Assembly (NCBI GenBank): GCA_031261385.1
Contig: JAISJS010000117.1
Location: 1-40,978 of the forward strand
Origin: Treponema sp.
GTDB lineage: Bacteria; Spirochaetota; Spirochaetia; Treponematales; Breznakiellaceae
Reading direction: 5' to 3'
Length of the DNA: 40,978 nucleotides
Both the position numbers and the translations under genes were made by a program. Shown here in pieces: positions 20,586-29,001 of this stretch. Below the pieces are notes generated by a model. The model saw only the letters and a list, made by a program, of their open reading frames with translations, searched no databases and was not told the origin of the DNA. Within the stretch, counting starts at the first letter, position 1. Every line of letters begins with the position of its first letter.

Positions 20586-22040
20586 TCAATTGGAACTAAG
20601 AGTTCCAAAGGGAACCCCGATAAAATATTCAAGATCGATAAGACCGTTACGGTAATCAAACTGCTGTCCCAGCATCTGCACACGGGCCTGATGCAAAGAC
20701 TGTTCTGCGCTCTGCACCTGCAAATAATCCTGGAGCCCCGCCTGATATGCCTGTGAGGTAAGCTGATACGATTGTTCGGCCAGCCGCACCGTAGCGGCCT
20801 GTGCATCCGCCGTGGTCCGGGTTCTTTCCAGCGTATAAATCGTGTTGTATACCTGCATTTCCGTTCCGCGGATCAACTGGGCAAGACCGATATTCGCCGC
20901 TTTGACGCCGTTTTTTGTATCCTTAAGCCCCTGTCCTTCTTTGGTAAACGGTAAAAGGTTATTCAGGCTAAGCCCCACGGTCAGACTGAAAGTACCGGAC
21001 TTTTGCCAATAATCACCATTGCCCCAATCGTCTTTCCAAGGATCCATAATAAAGGTAGCGGAAGGACTATACCGCAGATCGAGATAAGGGGTATACAGTT
21101 GAAGCGCCTGGGCCTTTTGGCCGCTGTTGGCATAGAGGATTTTCGCCCGTGTTTCCTGAATGTCGGGATTTCCCGATGCGGTTTTAGAAATTAAATCTGA
21201 AGTATCCAGATTGATGTACAGTACTTCATCGGCAAGCGGGATAAGCTCAAACCGGGTTTCAACCGGCAACCCCAGGGTAAAGGCAAAATTTGCCATAGCC
21301 ATTTTGTAACCGTCTTCCGCCTGATCAATTTGCGGCTGCAAATTCGCCAGACTTACCTGAGCCTGCAGCAGGGTAAGTTGGGGCGCAAGGCCGGAATTAT
21401 AATTCGCCTCTGCCATGGCAACTTGCCGCTCTACCATCGTATAACTTTCATGGAGCAGATTGATCTGTTCCTCAAGGAGGAGTATCTGATTATACGCCTT
21501 CCGCACATCCCGTTCGGTTGAAGCTCTTACCGTTTCGTAGGAGAGCAGCCCCGCCTGGTAATCCAGCTTGAAACTCCGTATCCCCTCAAACAAGGCAAAG
21601 CTAATCGTAAGGGATCCGGAAATGGATCCTAATATGTGGGATTGGGAAACATCCATTGAATAAGGAGCAATTCCATAGATCTGCCCCGACGGTATGGGAA
21701 GACCAAGACTCGCAAGATCAACCGGATTATTTATGGTGGTCTTACTCTTCTTATCATCCACTGCCAAAGTTCCCGATACGCCAATCGTTGGCAGAAACTG
21801 GTTCCAGAACAGATCCGACTTCCGCTTTTTGGTATCCACCGTCACCCGTGAATTTTCCAGCGTAAGATTATTCTTGATTGCCAGGGACACCGCCTCATCC
21901 GCCGAAAGCTTGAGCGGCGCAGATGCGCCTTGCCCTGTTGCCGCCGGCGCCTGAGCCAACGCAGTCCCGCCAATCAGCATGACAAGCGCCAATGCCAATA
22001 CTCCGGCGGGCGGGCCATGCGGCCTGATTTGTTTGATCAT
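20586..22040 (-). CDS. TolC-family outer membrane efflux protein
   Basis: Two-repeat TolC-like architecture, with signal peptide MIKQIRPHGPPAGVLALALVMLIGGTALAQA from ATG 22040 (GGAG 7 nt upstream). The alternative upstream ATG 22097 overlaps the TetR stop (ATGA). Confidence 0.85.
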   Translation of the reverse strand: MIKQIRPHGPPAGVLALALVMLIGGTALAQAPAATGQGASAPLKLSADEAVSLAIKNNLTLENSRVTVDTKKRKSDLFWNQFLPTIGVSGTLAVDDKKSKTTINNPVDLASLGLPIPSGQIYGIAPYSMDVSQSHILGSISGSLTISFALFEGIRSFKLDYQAGLLSYETVRASTERDVRKAYNQILLLEEQINLLHESYTMVERQVAMAEANYNSGLAPQLTLLQAQVSLANLQPQIDQAEDGYKMAMANFAFTLGLPVETRFELIPLADEVLYINLDTSDLISKTASGNPDIQETRAKILYANSGQKAQALQLYTPYLDLRYSPSATFIMDPWKDDWGNGDYWQKSGTFSLTVGLSLNNLLPFTKEGQGLKDTKNGVKAANIGLAQLIRGTEMQVYNTIYTLERTRTTADAQAATVRLAEQSYQLTSQAYQAGLQDYLQVQSAEQSLHQARVQMLGQQFDYRNGLIDLEYFIGVPFGTLSSN

Positions 22041-22093
22041 ACGTAACTCCGTATGTCGTTTTTTTTGCTTGGTACAAGCATACTTTTTATTCA

Positions 22094-23350
22094 TCATACT
22101 TGAAATCCTTTAATGCCTAATGTTAAGAAACGATATAATTTTCTGATACTGCTGTCAGGCAGATCAGCAAAAGCCGCTTTGTCATATTGAATCTTTTCAT
22201 CGTATTGAGGGCTTCCCAAATTCAGCCGCCGGCGCCACCACATAAGCGTATTGACCAGCAGGAACAAGATCCACTGGGTAGTTCTATCCGCCCCCGGCGG
22301 TTCCGCATCCGCCGTTTGTTCCAGCGCTTCAATTTTGATCCCCGAAAAAATATTGAAAACCCTGGGCGGAACAGGCTTCCCCATTTCCGGTTTGCGGGTG
22401 CGCAGCCAGTCCATAGCGATAAGAATCTCCGGCCGGGAGCGAAGGTAATCGGCAATGGAAAAAATCGCAAGATAGAACTGTTCCTCCGGCGCAGCCGATA
22501 ACAGGGCGCCGACTTTGGCATGATTGGCAATACGCTCAAACTCGGTCAGAAAAAGCTGCCGGATCATATCCTTCTTGTTTTTAAAGTGGGAATAGAGACT
22601 GCTTTTTGAAAGGCCGGATCGCCGGGCTACCATCTCCATGGAGACACACCAGGGCCCCGCCTCGGCAACCGCCGCTATCACTCCTTTCAGCAGGTCTCCG
22701 TTATCAGCCTCTTCAATCTTCCGCGATTTCACAAGTTCCTCAAGCCGGCCAAAATCAAGCTTTTCCACCTGCTCCTTATTTAAACCCAATCCGGCTGAAA
22801 TTTTTTCCTCGATTGAAGATATTACTTCCTGAATCGCTTCTTCCGTAGGATCTTCCCCCGCTTTTTTGCCAAAACGGCAGAAATGGGAATTCCAAAAAGT
22901 CATGGAAATGACGATAAGCTGAATCGCCGATGGATATTCCGCCGCATATTTTTCAAAGCGCTTGAGCTTGCGCATATCGATACCCCGGCTAAGGAGCTGC
23001 TCCATCATCGCCCCATGATCCTGGCTTCCATAAACCCGGATGAGGGAAAAAACAAAGGCGTCGGTATGCCGCGCATAATATTCCGACAAGGTTCGAATCA
23101 AAATAAGCATACTTTCCATAATGTCCGGGGTCTGAATCGCTTTCTCAAAGCCCTCTTTAACAAAACCGGTATATTGGTCAAAATAGTACCCGTACATCGC
23201 GTCCAGCAGCTCTTGTTTATTTTTGAAATGCCGGTATAATGCAGGCTTACTGACCTTTAGTTCGCGGGCAATATCGCTGAGGCTGGTAGTTTTGTACAGT
23301 TCCCGCCCCCAAACCTTGAAGGCCGCCTGAATAATATCCGTTCTGGTCAT
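22094..23350 (-). CDS. tandem (duplicated) TetR/AcrR-family transcriptional regulator
   Basis: 418 aa with two complete TetR N-terminal HTH modules. The first is DIIQAAFKVWGRELYKTTSLSDIARELKVSKPALYRHFKNKQELL (aa ~5-50). The second is VIAAVAEAGPWCVSMEMVARRSGLSKSSLYSHFKNKKDMI (aa ~225-265). Each is followed by a ~150-aa helical domain. Confidence 0.85.
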   Translation of the reverse strand: MTRTDIIQAAFKVWGRELYKTTSLSDIARELKVSKPALYRHFKNKQELLDAMYGYYFDQYTGFVKEGFEKAIQTPDIMESMLILIRTLSEYYARHTDAFVFSLIRVYGSQDHGAMMEQLLSRGIDMRKLKRFEKYAAEYPSAIQLIVISMTFWNSHFCRFGKKAGEDPTEEAIQEVISSIEEKISAGLGLNKEQVEKLDFGRLEELVKSRKIEEADNGDLLKGVIAAVAEAGPWCVSMEMVARRSGLSKSSLYSHFKNKKDMIRQLFLTEFERIANHAKVGALLSAAPEEQFYLAIFSIADYLRSRPEILIAMDWLRTRKPEMGKPVPPRVFNIFSGIKIEALEQTADAEPPGADRTTQWILFLLVNTLMWWRRRLNLGSPQYDEKIQYDKAAFADLPDSSIRKLYRFLTLGIKGFQV

Positions 23351-23370
23351 TTCGCTCGAAATGCTCCTTA

Positions 23371-23390
23371 GTTACCGACCGGTCGTTAAC
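23371..23390. promoter_or_regulatory. 20-bp near-perfect palindrome, candidate TetR operator
   Basis: GTTACCGACCGGTCGTTAAC versus its reverse complement GTTAACGACCGGTCGGTAAC (18/20 symmetric). It lies 20 nt upstream of the TetR ATG and immediately next to the overlapping -10 boxes. Confidence 0.55.
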
Positions 23391-23392
23391 AC

Positions 23393-23423
23393 TATAATAA
23401 CAAAATAGTCCTACGAAAGGCAA
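23393..23423. promoter_or_regulatory. overlapping divergent promoter elements (TetR operon leftward, nitroreductase rightward)
   Basis: Plus strand: TATAAT at 23393..23398. Minus strand: TTGCCT (23423..23418), 18-nt spacer, TATTAT (23399..23394). Confidence 0.4.
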
Positions 23424-23453
23424 CAGGAAAAATGAAGAAAATTTTGAAAAAGT

Positions 23454-23466
23454 GGTGTCAGTCACC
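23454..23466 (-). repeat. solo copy of the 13-mer GGTGACTGACACC (reverse orientation)
   Basis: Exact GGTGTCAGTCACC in the 5' leader of the nitroreductase gene. The flank ...CCATTAT resembles that of the copy at 27667. Confidence 0.8.
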
Positions 23467-23485
23467 ATTATACGGAGGTATTGAT

Positions 23486-24175
23486 ATGACTTTGTATGAG
23501 GCAATCTTTATGAGGCGGTCTGTAAAAAAATATGACATGACCCCTCTCGGTAATGAAGTCCTGGAGGGAATCAAAAAATTCCTTGCTTCAATTAACCAGC
23601 TTGACGGACAAAAAGTTCAATTTGAAGTTGTGTCGGCAGATGCGGTCAAAAATGCTTACGCGCCGCACTATATTTTTAGTTATTGCGAAGAAAGTGACGC
23701 CGCATTCGCAAATGTCGGGTATGTTTTGCAAAAAGCTGACCTTTATATTCAAAGCATTGGGCTTGGCAGTTGGTGGATTGGTATGCCAAAACCAAAAGAG
23801 AAGAAGCAAAATTTTTGTATAATGCTCGGATTTGGAAAGACCGCCGTTCCGCAAAGAAAAGGCGAACAGGATTTTAATCGTTTGCCAATAAATGAAATAA
23901 CTGATGTTGATAATCAAATTGCGAAAGCGGTGCGTTTGGCTCCTTCAGCGGTAAATTCACAGCCCTGGAAATTGCACTTTGAAAACGGAAAAGTGATTAT
24001 TAACTATTTTGGACGGGGCATTATGAAAACGCTCCTGAAAAAACTTAATAAACTTGATGTTGGTATAGCCACAAGGCATATTGAAGTTGCTTTATTAAAT
24101 GAAGGCAAAGAAATAAAATCAATAACGCCTATGGGAAAAGGAAACGACTTTAAAATTGAAATTGTTTATAGTTAA
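23486..24175 (+). CDS. nitroreductase-family protein
   Basis: From ATG 23486 (GGAGG 7 nt upstream): MTLYEAIFMRRSVKKYD, the typical nitroreductase N-terminus, and later RLAPSAVNSQPW. The gene is visibly AT-richer than the flanking genes. Confidence 0.7.
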   Translation: MTLYEAIFMRRSVKKYDMTPLGNEVLEGIKKFLASINQLDGQKVQFEVVSADAVKNAYAPHYIFSYCEESDAAFANVGYVLQKADLYIQSIGLGSWWIGMPKPKEKKQNFCIMLGFGKTAVPQRKGEQDFNRLPINEITDVDNQIAKAVRLAPSAVNSQPWKLHFENGKVIINYFGRGIMKTLLKKLNKLDVGIATRHIEVALLNEGKEIKSITPMGKGNDFKIEIVYS

Positions 24176-24237
24176 ATGCGTTGGCGTAATGCAATAGTAC
24201 CAGGTTTCCCCCGTTTGCTTCATGCATTTTTGTTCCA

Positions 24238-24266
24238 TTGACAGTACCCTCTAAACTCTTTATAAA
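24238..24266 (+). promoter_or_regulatory. sigma70-type promoter (TTGACA-17-TATAAA)
   Basis: -35 at 24238..24243, 17-nt spacer, -10 at 24261..24266. GGAG Shine-Dalgarno and ATG 24294 lie downstream. Confidence 0.55.
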
Positions 24267-24293
24267 TAATATACTTGGAGAAGTGATTGACCT

Positions 24294-25940
24294 ATGGCTG
24301 AAAATATATTTCAAGGGGAAATGGATCCTGAAATTGCCGCTTTACTGGGAACGGTAAGTGGATCCATTCCGGCAGCCCCGCCTCCTCCCGATTTTAACAG
24401 TATTTTTGACGAGCAAATTGAAAGCGCAGAGCCGGTAGAGGCCCCGAGTGTGGACCTGAGGGCAGAAAGCTTTCCCGAAGTAACCAAGCGCTTTGAAACG
24501 GTTCCCCATAATGGCCTTAATGACCCCAATTATTATAAAATAGCCCTTTCAAACGAGGGGGATATTGCACAGCGGGTCCATACTATCCTGCAAAAGTACC
24601 TCAATACCAAGGATCCCAAGGACCGGAGCGTTTACCGTCAGCAGTTTATCACCGCTTTTTGGGATTTTCTCCTCGGGGTTGCCAAAAAGGCTCCGGGAAA
24701 GATACCGGACCCCAAAAAATACCTCCTCCGCTTTGGCATTTTGCACCCGACCTTTATCGATGCCGAAACCCGGGCCTTTTTTGCGAAGATTGTGGTGGAT
24801 AATGTCCTGAACCAGCCGATTTACTACCTTGATGAGTGGTTTAAGGCGGTCGGGACCGGGGTTGTACGGAATTCCACTACCGACGAGGTGCGGGTTGCCA
24901 AGAACAATAACAGTATCCGTCTGCAACAATTGCTGGAAAAGGCTATAGGCAAACTTGATGGCGCCAAAAGCCTTCTTAAAGCCAAGGATGAGGAACGGGT
25001 AAATCTGGAAAAGGCGTTACAGGAGCGGATCAGCATTATTTTTGAACATTTCCCCCTGGACGGCTTCCAGGATATCCAGTCCTGTTATACCGATTCCCAA
25101 AAACGGGTTTTTGGCGAGATTCAGGAAGTGCTGAAAAATCTGCTGAAATCCGACCATGAACTGGATATGTATCTCAAGGATTTTTACCAGGCCGAAACTG
25201 ATGTTAAATCCCTGCGGGAAAAGGTTGAAGAGGAAGGGGGCGGCGTCACGGTGGATGTCAGGGCGGTGGATACGGAATTTGAAACGGTCCGCCAGATGGC
25301 AAAGCTCACCATCGGCCGTCAGGGAAATCATTTTCCCCTTTTAAGCGGTGACTATTTCCATTGCGGCCCCAACGATGTTGGTTTCCGGGAAAACATCATC
25401 ACCCAGTTTACCCAGATCGAAGCCACCGACCCGGAAGCCTTCTGCCGCTCCTACAAAAACCGGCTTAACCGCATCGTCCCCTATGTGGTGCTTATCCCCA
25501 CCTACGGCGATCTGGGAATTTGCTGGGAACCCTTTGACCGGTTCAACCGGGCCACAAGCCGCGGCAGGATTGTCATCCCCATGTATCCCAAAAATTTAAG
25601 CGTAGCGGTGCTTTCCGCTGTGGCGGATCTCCGCTGGCAGGTGGCCAAGGAAAAAGCATCCTACTACTGGATGGAAGAAGGGCTTACCGGAAACTATTAC
25701 CAATGGTTTGCCAAGATGAAGCTGAAGGGCGATGTAAAAGAATATTTTATTCAGGATTATATTACCTGGATGACCAAGGAAAGCGAAGGCATTCAGAAAC
25801 TCGATAAAGAAATCCGCGGCGTCTTTTGGCGGCACATGCCCTTTTCCAAAGCGGTCAAAGAGAAACTCAAAGGCCGCAGTTACGTATATCAGGAACTCTA
25901 CCAACGCGATGTAAACAGATCGATGAGTGACGGGTATTGA
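24294..25940 (+). CDS. hypothetical cytoplasmic protein, no recognisable domain
   Basis: 548-aa ORF with its own promoter and Shine-Dalgarno. It has an acidic/Pro-rich N-terminus, a central coiled-coil-like stretch and a Trp/Tyr-rich C-terminal region (GDLGICWEPFDRFNRATSRGRIVIPMYP). Confidence 0.6.
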   Translation: MAENIFQGEMDPEIAALLGTVSGSIPAAPPPPDFNSIFDEQIESAEPVEAPSVDLRAESFPEVTKRFETVPHNGLNDPNYYKIALSNEGDIAQRVHTILQKYLNTKDPKDRSVYRQQFITAFWDFLLGVAKKAPGKIPDPKKYLLRFGILHPTFIDAETRAFFAKIVVDNVLNQPIYYLDEWFKAVGTGVVRNSTTDEVRVAKNNNSIRLQQLLEKAIGKLDGAKSLLKAKDEERVNLEKALQERISIIFEHFPLDGFQDIQSCYTDSQKRVFGEIQEVLKNLLKSDHELDMYLKDFYQAETDVKSLREKVEEEGGGVTVDVRAVDTEFETVRQMAKLTIGRQGNHFPLLSGDYFHCGPNDVGFRENIITQFTQIEATDPEAFCRSYKNRLNRIVPYVVLIPTYGDLGICWEPFDRFNRATSRGRIVIPMYPKNLSVAVLSAVADLRWQVAKEKASYYWMEEGLTGNYYQWFAKMKLKGDVKEYFIQDYITWMTKESEGIQKLDKEIRGVFWRHMPFSKAVKEKLKGRSYVYQELYQRDVNRSMSDGY

Positions 25941-25960
25941 TCGGCATAAACGACAGGATA

Positions 25961-26245
25961 CTATCGTTTACGCTGATTTCCAAAAATCGGATCAAAGTGT
26001 TTTTCCGCATCTATTTTTTTAAGCAGCTGCTTGAGAACGACCCGGTAAATCACGAAAGACAGAACAAAAGCGGCAATCATGCACACGATAAGGCCCCAGG
26101 AACTGGCGCTCTGGGGATCGGGAAAATGGGACTGGAGAAACAGGGCAAAAGGAATATAGAGGACAAAGAAACTGATCACCGTGGTGAGGATGTTAAAAAC
26201 CGTTGCTCCCAAAATAAAAAGCAGTGTATTGGCTTTTTTGTTCAT
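25961..26245 (-). CDS. small two-TM membrane protein
   Basis: From ATG 26245 (ATGA overlap with the lspA stop): MNKKANTLLFILGATVFNILTTVISFFVLYIPFALFL...GLIVCMIAAFVLSFVIY, then a basic tail. Confidence 0.5.
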   Translation of the reverse strand: MNKKANTLLFILGATVFNILTTVISFFVLYIPFALFLQSHFPDPQSASSWGLIVCMIAAFVLSFVIYRVVLKQLLKKIDAEKHFDPIFGNQRKR

Positions 26246-26772
26246 GCCGCTGTCCCGGTTCCGCCTTTTCCGGCGCCTATCAGCATAGTGAGTATCAGGA
26301 TGATACAGCACACCACCACGCTGGAATCGGCGATGTTGAACGTGGGCCAGCGTTCAAAGCCAAAAATTCCGTAAAACTTTACGCTGATAAAATCCACCAC
26401 GCCGTCAGGCCGGAAAATCCGGTCGAGGATGTTGCCTATCCCCCCGCCAATAATGCCGGCCACGGCCCAGCGCTGGAGAACACTAAAATCATTGGACTTG
26501 ATGTAGTACCAAAGCAAAAAACCCAGCACCGCCAGAGGCAAAATAATGAACAGAATGGGCCGTAAGTTATCGGAAACACCGGCGCCCAAACTAAAGGCGA
26601 TAGCCTTGTTCCGCACATGCCAAATTTGCAGGACATCGTTATTGAAAACATCCTTTATCAGCGTCCCTTCCCGGGGCCAATTTTTTACGATAAAGGACTT
26701 AACCATCTGATCCGCCAGAACGATGAGCCCCGTCAAAATAAAAGGAAGCGCTTTAATCTTGTTGAATTTCAT
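26242..26772 (-). CDS. lspA: lipoprotein signal peptidase II
   Basis: LspA motifs: NKAIAFSLG, GGGIGNILDRI and FNIADSSVVVCCIILIL. ATG 26772 is preferred over the listed TTG 26781. Confidence 0.9.
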   Translation of the reverse strand: MKFNKIKALPFILTGLIVLADQMVKSFIVKNWPREGTLIKDVFNNDVLQIWHVRNKAIAFSLGAGVSDNLRPILFIILPLAVLGFLLWYYIKSNDFSVLQRWAVAGIIGGGIGNILDRIFRPDGVVDFISVKFYGIFGFERWPTFNIADSSVVVCCIILILTMLIGAGKGGTGTAA

Positions 26773-26798
26773 CTTTTTCAAATTCCTTTTTTCCCGGG

Positions 26799-27572
26799 TT
26801 ATAATCCCGTGGGGACATCAATAAATTCTGCATCCAGATGCAGTTCAGCGGCGCAGCGTTCCATCACCCTGCGGACTCCCCAGACCTCGGTAGAATAATG
26901 CCCGCCGGCGATCATGTTGATCCGCCCTTCAAGGCATTCATGGTACACCTGGTGAGAAGCCTCTCCGGTAACATACAGGTCGATGCCCTCATCAATAGCC
27001 TGCCTGACCTCATCGGCAGCGCCGCCGGAAATCACCGCACATGTTTTATTTTCCGCCTTGCCGAATGGAAAAACTCCCAAAGGCGGACGGCCCATAAAAT
27101 CAATTTTTTTTACCGCCCCGTCGATGCTCAGGGGCACGGTAAGGATTCCTTTATACCCTATTTTACGGCCATGGTACAGACCAAAGGGTTCGACATTTTT
27201 AAGGCCCAAAAGTTCGGCGAGGCCTGCATTGTTCCCCAATTCCGGGTGCTGATCCAGGGGCAGGTGAACCGCATACAGGCAGATATTATTGTCCAGCAAA
27301 AACTTGATCCGCCCCCGGTGGTTCCCCGCAACACGCAGGGGACTGCCCCAAAAAAGCCCATGATGGACAAACACCAGCCCCACCCCGTCAGCGGCGGCCC
27401 GCTGAAACGTTTCGAGGCTCGCATCCACTGCAAAGGCAATTTTCCGCAGCGGTGAACCATCATTATCAACCTGGACGCCATTCATTGAAGAATCAATGCC
27501 GCCAAACCCTTCAATATCCAGAAGGCTCTTAATCCATGCGTCAAACTGGGGAACGCTTATTTCTGTGCTCAC
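26799..27572 (-). CDS. Nif3-family dinuclear metal centre protein (YbgI/GCH1 type 2-like)
   Basis: Motifs VFVHHGLFWG, YAVHLPLD, GGHYSTEVWG. The likely start is GTG 27572 (VSTEISVPQFDAWIKSLL...). The 23 extra codons of the listed ORF are read out of the repeat element at 27607... Confidence 0.8.
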   Translation of the reverse strand: MSTEISVPQFDAWIKSLLDIEGFGGIDSSMNGVQVDNDGSPLRKIAFAVDASLETFQRAAADGVGLVFVHHGLFWGSPLRVAGNHRGRIKFLLDNNICLYAVHLPLDQHPELGNNAGLAELLGLKNVEPFGLYHGRKIGYKGILTVPLSIDGAVKKIDFMGRPPLGVFPFGKAENKTCAVISGGAADEVRQAIDEGIDLYVTGEASHQVYHECLEGRINMIAGGHYSTEVWGVRRVMERCAAELHLDAEFIDVPTGL

Positions 27573-27606
27573 GGGGTAAGTATATACGAAAAATCCAGGA
27601 AAATAA

Positions 27607-27679
27607 ACCACCAACCACACGAACGAAGGTAAGAAACCCAAAGCTCCAAAACCATCATTCAGAAAGGGTGTCAGTCACC
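27607..27679. repeat. partial CACGAAC-arm element plus 13-mer (reverse orientation)
   Basis: ACCACCAACCACACGAAC (27607..27624). The loop-like AAGAAACCCAAAGCTCCAAAACC matches 15935... Exact GGTGTCAGTCACC lies at 27667..27679. There is no right arm. Confidence 0.75.
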
Positions 27680-28914
27680 ATAATCGTGAACCTGTCCACC
27701 GTATCCGCTATGCGTTCTGTTCCGCTTAACCGGTTTTTATTTTGCCGCAGTTTCTCCCGCGATGGAAACAGGACATGGTACACCGGATGAGTGGCGGGGT
27801 AATCGGTAAAATCCAGCGGACCGGCGCCTTCGGAGGCATTCAGGTAAAGCACGGGGACAGCGGGGGAGGGCAGGCGGTTTATTCCATCAACTTTAAGGGG
27901 AACAAAGGAACCGAACCAGCCGGCGGCGGCGGCCATAAAGCGGGTAAACCATTTTGCGCTTTCAGGCAACGGGGTTTTCTTCCGTTCTCCGGGACGATAC
28001 GAGGAGTAAAAACCGCTTTCCACGGCAATCACTCCTTTGACATACCCGTACCGTCCGGCGAAATCCGGTGAATCTGCAAGATACACCGCAGCCGATCCTC
28101 CGGCGCCGTATCCGGCAATGATGAGGGAATCCGTACCGGTAACCAAAGCAGAACCGCCGGAAACCAAAGGGGCGCCGCTGTTGTCCCGGTTTTGCCTGAT
28201 TTGGGGCAGCAGATATTCCAGGTCTTCCCGCCGGGCTGTTTCCAAGACCCGTCCCCATTCATTAGCCTTATTGGTTTTATGGGCGGCCCGAAATACCCTC
28301 CAGGACCGGTATGCTGAAAAGGCGCCTTTACGGGAGTAGCTTATCACGGTAAAGCCCCGGTCCCTAAGGCCTGCGCAGATTCGGTCAACGGCGGAAATTT
28401 GACCTGAATCCGGCGGGATAACCAGCAATAAAGGCCGTAAATCGCTGCCGACAGGGGGCAGGTTTTCAACAGGGACCGGTTCGTAAATCCGCAGGGAATA
28501 GCCGGTATTCTGCGCCTCGTTGTGCAGTTTTACGGTCTTTACCGCTGCAGCGCTCAGTCCGGTGGGAACCAATGGCGCGTAAATAAAGGCGATTATGGCG
28601 GAAGCGGCAAGCAGGGCAAGGGCAGGAACGGTAAAAACAAGGCTGCGGTCACGAAAATCATCATTTGGACGGGAAAAAACGCTGGACATCATTGCGGGAA
28701 TATTGACTAAATTCAACAGAAAACCGAAAATTAACAGCGGAATACACTCAGGGCGAAAACCGTAAGCGGGAAACAGGGCAACGGTAAGGGCAAACGCCAA
28801 AAAAGGCAGCCAGGTCAGTCCTTCCAGACGCCAAAGGCCTTTAAAAAAGGGCCGTACAAGGGAAATAAAAAGAAAAAAAACGACAACCAGCTCGGAAATC
28901 CATATTTCTCTCAT
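27655..28914 (-). CDS. membrane-anchored protein with alpha/beta-hydrolase-like C-terminal domain
   Basis: Four N-terminal TM helices, then LLLVIPPDSGQ...GFTVISYSRKG and LIIAGYGAGGSAAVYLA. This is a strand-turn pattern like a nucleophile elbow but without the canonical GxSxG Ser. ATG 28914 is preferred over the listed GTG 28926. The last 8 codons overlap the repeat. Confidence 0.4.
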   Translation of the reverse strand: MREIWISELVVVFFLFISLVRPFFKGLWRLEGLTWLPFLAFALTVALFPAYGFRPECIPLLIFGFLLNLVNIPAMMSSVFSRPNDDFRDRSLVFTVPALALLAASAIIAFIYAPLVPTGLSAAAVKTVKLHNEAQNTGYSLRIYEPVPVENLPPVGSDLRPLLLVIPPDSGQISAVDRICAGLRDRGFTVISYSRKGAFSAYRSWRVFRAAHKTNKANEWGRVLETARREDLEYLLPQIRQNRDNSGAPLVSGGSALVTGTDSLIIAGYGAGGSAAVYLADSPDFAGRYGYVKGVIAVESGFYSSYRPGERKKTPLPESAKWFTRFMAAAAGWFGSFVPLKVDGINRLPSPAVPVLYLNASEGAGPLDFTDYPATHPVYHVLFPSREKLRQNKNRLSGTERIADTVDRFTIMVTDTLSE

Positions 28915-29001
28915 GTATTTATTCACTATACGTTATTGATCATTATATGAATAGTCTGTTATACTTTTATGATGAAGGATTATTAAAGAAGGAAGATTGC
29001 T

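Noticed and set aside
25948-25969. AAACGA...TCGTTT hairpin between the convergent 548-aa gene and the small membrane gene, as a bidirectional terminator.
   Set aside because: It has a 6-bp stem with a 10-nt loop and no flanking T/A tracts, and it overlaps a stop codon. It is too weak to call.
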